A stretch of DNA of 64,000 nucleotides from a virus: IMG/VR virus record IMGVR_UViG_3300045988_061891; one strand, 5' to 3'. The position numbers and the translations under genes are program-made. Below, one piece after another: positions 1 through 9,644 of this stretch; position 1 is the stretch's first letter, and the number at the start of each line of letters is the position of its first letter. The notes under the pieces are model-generated. The model saw only the letters and a program-made list of their open reading frames with translations, did not search any database and was not told the origin of the DNA.

Positions 1-947
1 ATCTGACCTGTCCATTTCACAGGGTCAATCTTGCTTGCATCTGCAATTGCTATTGAGCCTGTGATGAGTTGAAGAGTAATGGACTTGACTACAGAAGCAT
101 CTATAGCAAGTTCATTTGGGTCTGTAATTCCTTCTACCCTTCTTGGAGGTTCACTCTCCATAAAATCCTCATCAAATAGGGAACCTTGCCTTGCAATCCT
201 ACTCACTTCTTTGCTGTTGCCTTGATAGACAGGAGGTGTGAAAGGCAGTCCGTCATAATAAGGAATAGTTGAGAAGGGAGCCTTTGTAGCAGCCACTTTA
301 GTTTTGTTTTTCTTGATAACTTCAAGCCTTTCATTAATCTCAAGAAAGGGTTCAGTTACCTCTCCCTCCTTAACAATGTTGAGCATATTATATACAATAG
401 CTTCCTCCTCTACCTCTACAGTTCTTGTGCCTGTCTTCTCAATGTCATCAAAGGTTCTGTATATAAAGGTAGAGCTGATTACTTTCTTCTCTGTAATCTT
501 TCTTGTGATGGCAGCAGTATAAGTGCCTGCATTGTTTACAATAAGACTTACAAAGTGATTTCTATCATTACCTTCCTCTCTTAGAGTAGCAGTATCTGTA
601 CCACTGAAGAAAGTAGCCATGTTGTTATGGCTGTGTATTAAGCCCATCTGACAGTTAAGAAGCTCTGGATGGTCAGTCATATAGGCTACCACATCAGGAG
701 ACATATCAAACTCTGTATAGGTTTGGAAACCAATATCCATAGGGAATATGTCTACACATCTTATCTCAAGAGTTCCTTCCTCAAATGAGCCACTGTATGT
801 GTAAAACAGTGTACCAGACCACTCTACCTGTGATATTTTATTGCAGAGGTATCTTATCTTATTCTCTACATCAGCAGGAATAACTAATTTATATATATCT
901 GAGTGCTTCACCAGAGAAGGTATTTTCTTCTGTACTTGATTGTCCAT
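1..947 (-). CDS. JAB/MPN (JAMM) metallopeptidase-domain protein, partial (C-terminal part runs past the window start)
   Basis: Absent from the ORF track because no stop lies in the window. Hand translation from ATG 947..945 stays open to position 1: MDNQVQKK...VENKIRYLCNKISQVEWSGTLFY...GLIHSHNNMATFFSGTD. This is a canonical E...HxH-x7-S-xx-D JAMM signature. Overlaps the upstream ORF by 59 nt. Confidence 0.6.
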   Translation of the reverse strand, partial: MDNQVQKKIPSLVKHSDIYKLVIPADVENKIRYLCNKISQVEWSGTLFYTYSGSFEEGTLEIRCVDIFPMDIGFQTYTEFDMSPDVVAYMTDHPELLNCQMGLIHSHNNMATFFSGTDTATLREEGNDRNHFVSLIVNNAGTYTAAITRKITEKKVISSTFIYRTFDDIEKTGTRTVEVEEEAIVYNMLNIVKEGEVTEPFLEINERLEVIKKNKTKVAATKAPFSTIPYYDGLPFTPPVYQGNSKEVSRIARQGSLFDEDFMESEPPRRVEGITDPNELAIDASVVKSITLQLITGSIAIADASKIDPVKWTGQ

Positions 948-1971
948 ACTTGTTATTTATTGTTCTTAATATTCTATCAACTATAACCGCAACCATAGTT
1001 CTGGAAAGGAAGATGGACGCATTGGGGTCATCATCTACAGTCTTTACTATGTTGGTTATATTGAATGTTATAGTTCTATTCTTGAATCTGAAGAGGCTCC
1101 TTCCTATGAGCCTATTATAGTTAGCTTCTGTACTATAATTGGAGTCACGGGTATAATACAGTTTATTACCTATACATTTACCTCTAAAAAGTATCTCTCC
1201 TAAAAAGAGTTCTTCTCTTGGAGTTTGCCGTTCAGCTGGGAGGGAGTTATACCACTCAATAAAGAGGTTACTCAATGTTATGAACAGGTCTCTGTCAGAC
1301 ATAGCAATACCATAACTATCATTAAAGAAGTTGAACCCAAATGGTCTCTTTTTCAATATAAAAGGAATGAAAGCTACTATGTATGGTTCGAAACTAGAAG
1401 GGTACCTAACAATATGACTTAAGGGGAACTGAATCAACTGTGTAGTCCTATTGTTTCTTACACCTATTCTTTCAAGATACATATAAGGAACCCCAACGAG
1501 GGATTCTACAGTTACATATTTGGATAATTCAAGGCAGAATAGACTCCACATCTCCTCGGAGAATTGAGTAGCCAGAGATGCAATAGTATTTCTTATAGGA
1601 CCTCTGCCAAGACAGGGGTCAGACCAGCTATTGAAGTTATCTGCACTTATAGGATGAATATGAGAGTGACTGTAACCACTTATAAACTGTTCAAGTGTAA
1701 GCTCAGACCTCATCATCTGGAAATATCCATTTATAGTTCCATCAAGTAAGAGTTCTACCTTTACCCATAAGTGAGTTATATCCACACTTCGGTCATGTTC
1801 ATTGGTTACTTTCACCTTAGGGAAATGAATCAGTATAGTCTGCCCTTGTAAATCCACATTCTCTTCTCCAAAGAACTCATTGAAGATATTATGAATTATT
1901 GATATACGGTTTTGTTCTTCCATATAAATAAAAAAAATTGGGGAAGAGAGGTTTACACTTCTCTTCCCCAT
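889..1971 (-). CDS. hypothetical protein (contains YSHSHIHPISADNFNSWSD, a JAMM-like HxH...SxxD pattern with one extra spacer residue)
   Basis: 360-aa ORF. A more likely start is MEEQNR at 1923. Lies between the beta-grasp-like ORF and the JAB ORF. Confidence 0.55.
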   Translation of the reverse strand: MGKRSVNLSSPIFFIYMEEQNRISIIHNIFNEFFGEENVDLQGQTILIHFPKVKVTNEHDRSVDITHLWVKVELLLDGTINGYFQMMRSELTLEQFISGYSHSHIHPISADNFNSWSDPCLGRGPIRNTIASLATQFSEEMWSLFCLELSKYVTVESLVGVPYMYLERIGVRNNRTTQLIQFPLSHIVRYPSSFEPYIVAFIPFILKKRPFGFNFFNDSYGIAMSDRDLFITLSNLFIEWYNSLPAERQTPREELFLGEILFRGKCIGNKLYYTRDSNYSTEANYNRLIGRSLFRFKNRTITFNITNIVKTVDDDPNASIFLSRTMVAVIVDRILRTINNKYGQSSTEENTFSGEALRYI

Positions 1972-1998
1972 AGGTTATTGACTACAGATTAGTGTCTG

Positions 1999-2658
1999 TT
2001 AGCACATGCCACTAAACATGTCATCAATCTCATTGTCATCATAGGGAGAGTCAGATTCTGACTTACAATCATCAGACACTGTAGGAGTCGCTGCGGCACT
2101 ATTGAGGATGCCGAAGATTTTCCCTCTTACTTCACCTTCAATTACATAGTCTTCATTGAGGACATCTACAAGCATAGTAAGAGCAGCCCTTGCCTGAACA
2201 TCTACACAACCTGTCTTTACTTCTTCCTGCTGTGGCAGGTTGATGGTACTCTCTATAAGAGATACAAGGTCAGAGGTCTTGCACATAGTGAAATTCCTAC
2301 CGAATCTCTTCTGACATTCAGCCTGAAGACCCTTTGCTTTGATAGCATCATAGGCCTCAGTTCTTGTCATAGCACCAGACTTGATTTTCTTGTTGGTGTT
2401 GGTAAGCATAAATACCAATTCATTGGTGTTCTTAGTCTCACCTGTAGTTCTGTTGGTATAGGGTACATCCTTGGGAAGTACAGACTCATCTGTCTTGAGT
2501 TCAGTCTTTGAGGTACCTTCATAGAAAGTCATACCCTCATAGTCAATGCCTGCTTCTCTAAAGTCTTTCTTCAGTTCGCCAAGTGTCTCAGCACCTGACA
2601 TAATTACACTCTTTTTCTGAGTTTTCGTAGAGACAACTGTAATTTTTCTCGCTTCCAT
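1999..2658 (-). CDS. hypothetical protein; the N-terminal ~95 aa have a ubiquitin-like (beta-grasp) pattern ending KKIKSG (tentative)
   Basis: 219-aa ORF. KITVVSTKTQKKSVIMSGAETLGELKKDFREAGIDYEGMTFYEG...ELVFMLTNTNKKIKSG resembles the ubiquitin secondary-structure order. Acidic C-terminus. Confidence 0.5.
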   Translation of the reverse strand: MEARKITVVSTKTQKKSVIMSGAETLGELKKDFREAGIDYEGMTFYEGTSKTELKTDESVLPKDVPYTNRTTGETKNTNELVFMLTNTNKKIKSGAMTRTEAYDAIKAKGLQAECQKRFGRNFTMCKTSDLVSLIESTINLPQQEEVKTGCVDVQARAALTMLVDVLNEDYVIEGEVRGKIFGILNSAAATPTVSDDCKSESDSPYDDNEIDDMFSGMC

Positions 2659-2682
2659 GTTTTCATTCTTTTTTATTAGTTA

Positions 2683-3675
2683 TTACTTAAATAGACCTAT
2701 CATAATCTTTTGGAATTTTTCTTTATCCTGGAGGGAAAGATAGAGGTCTGACACATCTTTCGCACCATTGATATTAGGTAGTACTATATTAGTGAATCCA
2801 GTTTTTGAGGCTAATATTTTCGCATCTTTTAACCCTGCCTCATCATTGTCAAGCAATATATAGATATTCTTGAATCTACGTTTCAATTCACTAACAGCAG
2901 TATCACTGATAGTATATCCTTCACCTTGTATTGCCAAAGCAGGAATTCCTGTGTTAGACCATAGACATAGTGCATCCTTTAGGGAAGAGCATATACATAC
3001 TCTATCTCCTGTAGGAGGTACTTTAGTCCATAGACTTATCACAGACCTATCATGTTTATTGCTCCATTTGAATCCCTGCTTGTTGTATGGCTGATAAATT
3101 TTCAAAGTAGTCTTTCCATTCTTGAACTCTGCATAAGCATAGGCATACTTATCAGCTCCAAAGACATATCTTTGACCCTTCTTGGTTATTATCTTATGGG
3201 ATATAGGATGTACATTGGCATACTTCAGCCACTCTAATGAGATACCGTAGGATTCCCAGTATTCAATGTCATGCTTCTTCCACTCTCTTACCTTACACTC
3301 CATTGTCACATCATTGTTTCCTATATTGATGCGTGGTGCTATGGGCACATGCCCTGTGGATTCTATCTTAGCTGTTCCATTGAACTTACTGAAATCCTTA
3401 TATATTCTTGCAAGAGTTTCCTTAAAATTAGTGTTCCACATCTTACCAAGCAGGTCAAATATACCTCCCCTCTCTCCAGAAGAGAAGTCTATCCATGTTA
3501 CCCTGCTGCCATTAGGAGAAAACAACCCAAAGGAAGGACTTCTGTCCAACCTTAATGGGCTATTTATCTTGCATGGAATACTTGAGATACCCAAGTAGTA
3601 GTGAGCTATTTCAGCCTCGGTGGTCACCTTATATATATCTTCCAAAGATACAGAGGATTCACCTGAGCTTATCAT
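2683..3675 (-). CDS. DNA primase (Toprim domain, DnaG-like)
   Basis: 330-aa ORF. The C-terminal CICSSLKDALCLW...ALAIQGEG...IYILLDNDEAGLKDA...GAKDVSDLY matches Toprim E / DxD motifs. Confidence 0.75.
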   Translation of the reverse strand: MISSGESSVSLEDIYKVTTEAEIAHYYLGISSIPCKINSPLRLDRSPSFGLFSPNGSRVTWIDFSSGERGGIFDLLGKMWNTNFKETLARIYKDFSKFNGTAKIESTGHVPIAPRINIGNNDVTMECKVREWKKHDIEYWESYGISLEWLKYANVHPISHKIITKKGQRYVFGADKYAYAYAEFKNGKTTLKIYQPYNKQGFKWSNKHDRSVISLWTKVPPTGDRVCICSSLKDALCLWSNTGIPALAIQGEGYTISDTAVSELKRRFKNIYILLDNDEAGLKDAKILASKTGFTNIVLPNINGAKDVSDLYLSLQDKEKFQKIMIGLFK

Positions 3676-3678
3676 ACT

Positions 3679-4605
3679 TTACTTAATGTCCCAAGGACTT
3701 GAAGGAGCTGCAAATGGGTCAGCATCTGCATTGTCAGTGATAGTGGAACTCTTTACAGAATACTCATGGAATTCTACTGTTTCAAACTCAGTAGTGGCAT
3801 AAGCACCTGCATTTTTCCTCTCTTGTACATTGGCATCCAGCTTACTGTAATCAGATATACTGTTCTTCAAGAACATCTGAGTGAAAGCAGCTTGATACTG
3901 TCTGCCCTCATTGTCAGTTCTGATACCGAACAATATCTTAACCTTGTTGGTAGGTTGGAGGGAAAGAGCTCCTCTCAACTCAGAGAAGTCACCCTTGAAA
4001 TAGTCTTCAATGTGGTCAAGTCTACACTCTGAATCCTCTGGGTGGTCAACCATATACCACTTCTTCTCAGTGTTATTGTACCTCATCACAGAAGGAATGT
4101 TGAGGTAGGCAATCAGTAAGTTGGTAAGGTCCTCTTCACCTACATAGGCAGGTCTGTAGTCCTTGTCAAGATTGGCAGGACCATTGGCATACATAGGAAT
4201 CTCATGATTCTTGCATTCCTCGATAGTCACCCATGCAGTTCTACCATACTTGTCAATGACCTGTACTTTGGTTTTGTCTTTATTATACCTGTACCTCTTC
4301 TGAAGGAAGAGAGTCATACTGATAGGTTTGAGTTCAATACCTACCTTCTCAGGGTCAGGGAGTGCAAGGAAACTAAGCCTTACATTAGGATATTTCACCT
4401 TATTATCACCTTCAGTGACCTCTACAGTACCCACATATTCAGGTTCCTTGTCAAGAGGATTACCATAAATCTTCTCAAGCTGAGCCTTGTCAGGGTTGAG
4501 GCCTTTGATGAAGCAAGGAGCTACACCAATATACCTTTTGAAATCACCTTCTGTGGATTCTTTACCTTTGGCAATTGCCATGAATAAATAACCTTTGTTG
4601 TTCAT
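3679..4605 (-). CDS. putative ssDNA-binding protein (function tentative)
   Basis: ORF trimmed to MNNKGYLF (ATG 4605; alternative ATG 4581) because the listed start overlaps the upstream gene. Sits in the replication module and has an acidic/aromatic C-terminal tail ...DADPFAAPSSPWDIK. Confidence 0.45.
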   Translation of the reverse strand: MNNKGYLFMAIAKGKESTEGDFKRYIGVAPCFIKGLNPDKAQLEKIYGNPLDKEPEYVGTVEVTEGDNKVKYPNVRLSFLALPDPEKVGIELKPISMTLFLQKRYRYNKDKTKVQVIDKYGRTAWVTIEECKNHEIPMYANGPANLDKDYRPAYVGEEDLTNLLIAYLNIPSVMRYNNTEKKWYMVDHPEDSECRLDHIEDYFKGDFSELRGALSLQPTNKVKILFGIRTDNEGRQYQAAFTQMFLKNSISDYSKLDANVQERKNAGAYATTEFETVEFHEYSVKSSTITDNADADPFAAPSSPWDIK

Positions 4606-4639
4606 TTTGTAGTCTGTTGTTAGTTTATTGTTTATATTC

Positions 4640-5068
4640 TTATTCAAGTCCATTAAGAGGGTTGAAGGCTGCATCAGTAGCTGTAGTCTCCACTTCACCT
4701 ACCTTAGCCTCAGAGTCTATATCAAAGTCAGCTCCTGCACTATCTTCAGTAGGAGGAACCTCTACAGGTGCATGGAAAGTCAGTACCTGATTCTTGACTT
4801 GATACTTGCCTTCCTTATCCATCTTGGGAGTACCATCCTCATTAAACTGAGGCTCATATGTGCAAGTGATGAGGTCAATAGACCTGAAACCACCAGTCAT
4901 AGCCATAATACCAGCTTCACCACCATCAAGGATAGCTTGCTGGATAGTTCTTTCTTCTTGAAGTTTAGCAATCTTCTGGTCAATAGACTCAATCTTCTTC
5001 ATTGCGGGAAGTGAGTTCTTGAACTGCCTTTTGACAGCAGCAATTTCTCTAGTTGTTAATTCTTTCAT
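4640..5068 (-). CDS. hypothetical protein (N-terminal coiled coil)
   Basis: 142-aa ORF, tightly packed in the minus-strand operon. Confidence 0.6.
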   Translation of the reverse strand: MKELTTREIAAVKRQFKNSLPAMKKIESIDQKIAKLQEERTIQQAILDGGEAGIMAMTGGFRSIDLITCTYEPQFNEDGTPKMDKEGKYQVKNQVLTFHAPVEVPPTEDSAGADFDIDSEAKVGEVETTATDAAFNPLNGLE

Positions 5069-5085
5069 GTTTTCTTTTCTTTTTG

Positions 5086-5766
5086 TTAGTTATAATATTC
5101 ATCCATTGCCTTTACAACAAGACCTAAGTCATTAGGGATGAAGTCTTGTTCAAACATATCAGCAGGAGATTTGGCAGGAATCTCCGCTCCACCTTCCATA
5201 CATCTATGAGTATAGAATCCATAGCTAGCCTCTCCTTTGTCATTGTACTTGACAGAAGAGAAGAGAGTCATAGGAACTACCTCGGCAGGATTATAGCTAT
5301 TGTCAATAAGCTTACCTACTGTAGAGGTCTTATATCCTACGATAGTATTGTCAGAGTAGATTTCCTCACAGTGCATAATAATGAACACATTGAGATTATC
5401 CCTCAGGTTCTCAGCAGTGCTGACAATACTTTGGAAGTGGGCTGCAATATCAACAAACTTATTAAAGCCAGATACTTTAGCAGTCTTGAAATACTCTTTT
5501 CTCATAATGTAGGTGGCATCCTCTATAATGATGTTTCTAATATGAGGGGCAGACTTATCTACACCTTGCATATAATTCATTATAGTGGCATAGTCATCTA
5601 CATTGAAAAGATTCTTATTCTCTTCATTATAGAGAGACTTACTTCCCTTAAAAGGAAGCCTCTTCTTCAATACATTGAAGATAACTGTTTCTTTGGGGTC
5701 AAGACCTTTGATACTTGAAGATTTACCAGTACCAGTCTTGCCCAGAATGAGACAAATGTTAGCCAT
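5086..5766 (-). CDS. P-loop NTPase (RecA/Sak4-like AAA ATPase)
   Basis: Walker A LILGKTGTGKSS at the N-terminus; Walker B-like NIIIEDATY. Confidence 0.7.
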   Translation of the reverse strand: MANICLILGKTGTGKSSSIKGLDPKETVIFNVLKKRLPFKGSKSLYNEENKNLFNVDDYATIMNYMQGVDKSAPHIRNIIIEDATYIMRKEYFKTAKVSGFNKFVDIAAHFQSIVSTAENLRDNLNVFIIMHCEEIYSDNTIVGYKTSTVGKLIDNSYNPAEVVPMTLFSSVKYNDKGEASYGFYTHRCMEGGAEIPAKSPADMFEQDFIPNDLGLVVKAMDEYYN

Positions 5767-6782
5767 TTTTCTTGTTAAGTAAAGATTTTATTGATTTAAT
5801 AAAGAAGGAAACACCCTTCTTCTTTGGTTGTTTTAGTGTCTGAATATAGGTATAGACTCTTTCAAGTCCTTCCTTATCATCAGCTCTTGGAAGTTCTGCA
5901 AATGTACTTGCAGCACCATCAAAGAACAGAGGGCATATGTTGTTACTTGCACCATAGTCTCTATCCTCAATAACCTCCATAAACCTGATAAAGTTACCAA
6001 ACTTTGTAATGTCATATCCCTCATATTCTCTCAGTCCATATTTATAAGGACTATAAAGACCAAGGACAAAGTTGGCATCCCTTGTTGTAGTCTTACAGTC
6101 TGCAAGACCATCAGAAGATGGCTTAATCTTATTGAGCTTCTGATTTTCTATACCTTCTTGAGCCTGTGCCTGATGTTGAATGAGAACAAAGATGTACTTG
6201 AGCTGATTTCTCAAAATTATACCATACTTGGCAAGTTTATCAATGTTCTCCATTTTCTTCATACCACTTTCAAGTGCAAGGTTTGAAGCATTGTCAACTA
6301 TAACAATCCTATATTCCTCAGGGTCATCTGGGGTATAAGGATTGTCAGAGTCAACTACTCTTCTCTTGGTAATTTTGCTATCATCAAGAGGGTCTACAAC
6401 ATCAACCTCCTTGAAGTTGAGATGTCCATGAGATAAGGCATAATCTCTGCACCTTTTATTAATACCAGTAGGATTCTTATCCTCATCAATGAACTCAACC
6501 ATCTCATTGAACTTATCAATGTATGGTTTATATCTCTCAGATTCAAGTAGTTCAAGAACCTTCTCATCAACAGGCCTCTCTTGGTCAGTGCTTCTTAAGT
6601 CAGTAGGAGATATTCTTATGTTGTCAAGCCTATATAGCAAATGACAATAGAACTCATCCCTCTTTGCAGAGGGGCTCATCTCCAATGTGAAATAAAGAAT
6701 CTTTACCTTGAGTTCGGGATGTTCCATAGAAAAGAATAAAGGTTCATAGACCAGCATATAGTCAGTGAATTTACTTTTTCCT
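5759..6782 (-). CDS. DnaB-like replicative DNA helicase, exon 2
   Basis: ORF 5759..6802 contains the DnaB-family motifs GKSKFT (second half of the P-loop), YFTLEMS, IVIVDNASNL and LIQHQAQAQ. It lacks an N-terminus and a proper start (GTG). The proposed exon boundary lies after intron-terminal G 6783. Confidence 0.75.
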
Positions 6783-7692
6783 CGTACTACTATAGTTTTC
6801 ACTACCAGATTACTCTGTTTGTAGTCTGGACTATGTCTTCACCCTTAGCTTTACCTATTAGGGTGCACCTGCATCTAGTCTCTGGGGCTGTAGCATTACC
6901 TACTATGCCTCCTCAAGTCAGTCAGTATTGTTTCCAATAAAGCCTTCGAGGATATTCAGGTGTAATAATATATTAGATTACTCTAATGCACGACATTGCA
7001 TATAATTCTTGTATTTAGTATTCTGCTTATTAGAGTTAATAGTTAAAGGAGGTAAATTTTCTAATCTGTATGAAAATCTATATCCCTTACATTGCTGATA
7101 TGTCCCATTAGTAACTCTACAAATACTAGACTCACTGATACCTAGTCTTCTAGCAGTATCTTTAAGCCCTAATGGATTCTCAAACAGCAATTTTCCCTCT
7201 AAATTATATACATATACTGTAACAGGATTAAAGTTCCATTCTAGTTTTCCTTCATTATGAAGTCTTCTTCTAGTGTCTCCTTGTTTTATCCTTGATTCTT
7301 TGGATAGAATATTTCTCTTAACTATTCTAGTTATGTTGTATTCTGCTCCAAATAAATCTATACAATATTGCTCTTTTTCTGTAAGATTGTCACAATCACA
7401 AAGTTCTAAGACAAACCATCTAAAATTACTCTCACCATACTTATCCCAAGCACTTTGCAAGTGAGGGTTCTGATGTTTATTATGCCTAAGTAAGGCAAAA
7501 TGTTTTAACAACCTTTGATATATGTTCTTTGAACTTCCTATATAGGTTTTGTGATTGATGATGTTCTCAATGCAGTATATACCAGATACTTTTAATTCCT
7601 TTGTAATCTTATTCATAATGTTTTATATTTTACTGCAAATATAAAACAAAATTTCCAAATATACAATAGAATAAATGAATTACTTAGCTTTT
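6783..7692 (-). mobile_element. group I self-splicing intron carrying a GIY-YIG homing endonuclease ORF
   Basis: Interrupts the helicase P-loop. The 3' 195 nt are GC-richer and contain R-like CAGAGACUAGAUGCAGG (6868-6886) and S-like GAAGACAUAGUCC (6828-6840) elements, giving P7 GACUA/UAGUC. The 5' exon ends in U and the intron ends in G. Confidence 0.7.
6978..7616 (-). CDS. GIY-YIG homing endonuclease (intron-encoded)
   Basis: SGIYCIENIINHKTYIGSSKNIYQRLLKH...SAWDKYGESNF...EKEQYCIDL matches the GIY-YIG, R and E/N motifs. The C-terminal region looks like an HTH DNA-binding domain. Confidence 0.8.
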   Translation of the reverse strand: MNKITKELKVSGIYCIENIINHKTYIGSSKNIYQRLLKHFALLRHNKHQNPHLQSAWDKYGESNFRWFVLELCDCDNLTEKEQYCIDLFGAEYNITRIVKRNILSKESRIKQGDTRRRLHNEGKLEWNFNPVTVYVYNLEGKLLFENPLGLKDTARRLGISESSICRVTNGTYQQCKGYRFSYRLENLPPLTINSNKQNTKYKNYMQCRALE

Positions 7693-7853
7693 ATCTTCTG
7701 ATTGGCAGTAATAACCAAGAACTTCTCCTGTTCTATTCCAGGAAACAACCTTCTAAACCTTTGGAAAGGGAATGGAATACAGTTATATTTACCATCAAGG
7801 ACCCTTTGTCTCCTAACTCGGAGCCTTTGGATGTCACTCTTTAACTTTCCCAT
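7693..7853 (-). CDS. DnaB-like replicative DNA helicase, exon 1
   Basis: Unlisted 57-codon ORF: MGKLKSDIQRLRVRRQRVLDGKYNCIPFPFQRFRRLFPGIEQEKFLVITANQKIKAK*. The ATG lies 2 nt after the upstream stop. Joining ...ANQK-AT to A-GGA-AAA-AGT gives VITANQKIGKSKFT, a perfect AxxxxGKS Walker A. Confidence 0.7.
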
Positions 7854-7855
7854 AG

Positions 7856-8446
7856 TTAGATAGTTGTTGATGTCCAGTCATCCCTCAACACTTCTTCCTG
7901 ACCTTCATTTTCAATGTATGTGAGAAGTTCCGAGGTGTTTTCTATGTTACCTTCAAGCCCTCTTGCATCTTTGAATATAAAGTATTTCAGAGTCCTCATA
8001 AACTGATAGTTACCATTGAAACTTTCTACATATTTTCGGGCTGCTGTAAGAATTTGGTCATTAGTGAAGTCTCCATATTTCTTGAAGAATAACTTGAGTC
8101 TTCTCACTATGATAGTGGCTCCGTCACTCCAATAATTATTGGTACCGTCCTTCTTTCCTTTGGGAAATACTTCTCTAAGTTCCTGGGCAAGACTTATCAG
8201 TCTTGCGTCAGTGTCTTTCGGGGTAGAATCGGCTATTATGCCAGTAATGACCTCTTTACCTTTAGTAGTAAGTCGTAGTGGCAATGATAGTAGAGTATTA
8301 CTCGGTTTCTTCACATACCCTTTGGCTCTCATTGACTTTTCAGCCTCTTCCAGGTCTAGACCACTACCTATAGCTAAGAGATACAATGCTTCACCTACTG
8401 ATACACCGAGGGCTTTACAAGCATCTTCCGTAAGTGTGATAGTCAT
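7856..8446 (-). CDS. hypothetical protein (replication-module, directly upstream of the helicase)
   Basis: ORF trimmed to MTITLTEDACK (ATG 8446) to avoid overlap with the SF2 helicase. Confidence 0.6.
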   Translation of the reverse strand: MTITLTEDACKALGVSVGEALYLLAIGSGLDLEEAEKSMRAKGYVKKPSNTLLSLPLRLTTKGKEVITGIIADSTPKDTDARLISLAQELREVFPKGKKDGTNNYWSDGATIIVRRLKLFFKKYGDFTNDQILTAARKYVESFNGNYQFMRTLKYFIFKDARGLEGNIENTSELLTYIENEGQEEVLRDDWTSTTI

Positions 8447-8468
8447 ATCTGTTTTTCTTAAAAATTTA

Positions 8469-9644
8469 TTAAATTCTGAGTTCTTCCACAGAAGATACAG
8501 TCTTGACAAGTTCTGGGTTATAGTCTTCAAGCATCTTATTTACAAGTTCCTCTTCCCTTGTTCCCTTATAATAGGGAATTATAATGATAGGGTTTGGGTG
8601 TCTCAACAATCTACCTGTTCTCTGCTTGATAATAGTATCTGAACTGTTTAGATTGGCATAGATACCAACTCTGCAATCAACAAGGTTCATTCCCTCATTG
8701 AGCATATTACAGGCAGTAATATGGTGAACTACCCCCTTGTTGAAGAGTCTAAGTACATCATTTGATTCAGCATTCTGACTGTTAATACAGTATTCACCAA
8801 GTTTCTTGGTCTGTTCTATGCTGTTACAGAAGGTCAGAGTTCTCTGATGCTCGCAATGCTGCAATATCTTCAGTACTATAGGTACTTTACAATCACTAAG
8901 GTACTTGAGCCTGTCTCCACAAAGTTTAAGCCACCTGTTCTTACATACTATGTTGCCTCTTCTGTTCTTGAACCACTCTATTTGACCATTAAGGTCATCA
9001 AGATACTGAGTCTGTGTACAGAAGATATGGACAGGATTACTCTTCTGTCTCATGTAGGACCATCTTTCAGCCCAAGAAGCATAAATAACCCTGCCTTTAG
9101 CTTTGGGGTTCTTTATAATTCTTTCATTAGGCAACTTGTTGTCAAGAGTAAGAGGAAGAAGATAGACTGTTGGGTCAGGAAGCACACCATTATCAATTGC
9201 CTCTCTGAGGGTAGCATTATAATAGTAGAGGTCATCAAATACCTCTTTAAGTTCCTCTCTCAAGTCTTTCTTCACTGTAGCTGAAAGTAGAATAGTATAC
9301 TCTACCTCAAAATCACAGAGAGCCTCTCTGCACCTTTCTGACAAATGATGAGCCTCATCAAAGATAATGAAGTCCCACTTTCCTTTATGTTTAGGAAAAG
9401 AAACATATGTTGAGAAAGTGATATTCAGCTTGCAGTCAGGCCACCATTTGGCAATCTCATCTGCCCAGTTTACTTTAAGGACATTCTTTGGCACCACAAT
9501 AAGTAGATTCTTGTATTTTTTCTTTGCCAGATGCTTCACCCTTTCTATTGCATTCTTACTCTTTCCAAACCCAGTTGGTAAGGTCAGTAAGACATTCCTG
9601 TTAGGAATTGCCTTTACTTCCTTCAAGACTTCTTCTCTTGTCAT
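8469..9644 (-). CDS. superfamily 2 DEAD/DEAH-box (SNF2/UvsW-like) helicase
   Basis: Motif I LPTGFGKS, motif II IIFDEAHH, motif III LLSATV, motif VI QRTGRLLR. Confidence 0.8.
   Translation of the reverse strand: MTREEVLKEVKAIPNRNVLLTLPTGFGKSKNAIERVKHLAKKKYKNLLIVVPKNVLKVNWADEIAKWWPDCKLNITFSTYVSFPKHKGKWDFIIFDEAHHLSERCREALCDFEVEYTILLSATVKKDLREELKEVFDDLYYYNATLREAIDNGVLPDPTVYLLPLTLDNKLPNERIIKNPKAKGRVIYASWAERWSYMRQKSNPVHIFCTQTQYLDDLNGQIEWFKNRRGNIVCKNRWLKLCGDRLKYLSDCKVPIVLKILQHCEHQRTLTFCNSIEQTKKLGEYCINSQNAESNDVLRLFNKGVVHHITACNMLNEGMNLVDCRVGIYANLNSSDTIIKQRTGRLLRHPNPIIIIPYYKGTREEELVNKMLEDYNPELVKTVSSVEELRI

Noticed and set aside
304-522. Plus-strand 72-aa ORF, and many similar plus-strand ORFs between 1 and 23000 (e.g. 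1225..1422, 2870..3094, 3266..3598, 4204..4587, 5146..5718, 8139..8642, 8847..9284, 9367..9828, 14631..14900, 18044..18454).
   Set aside because: All lie antisense inside longer, motif-bearing minus-strand genes, have low-complexity translations and lack start context. They are treated as shadow ORFs.
5833-6024. 63-aa minus-strand ORF nested in the helicase gene in another frame; also 12693..12962 and 14791..15066.
   Set aside because: These are alternative-frame ORFs inside longer genes with conserved motifs. No evidence for overprinting.
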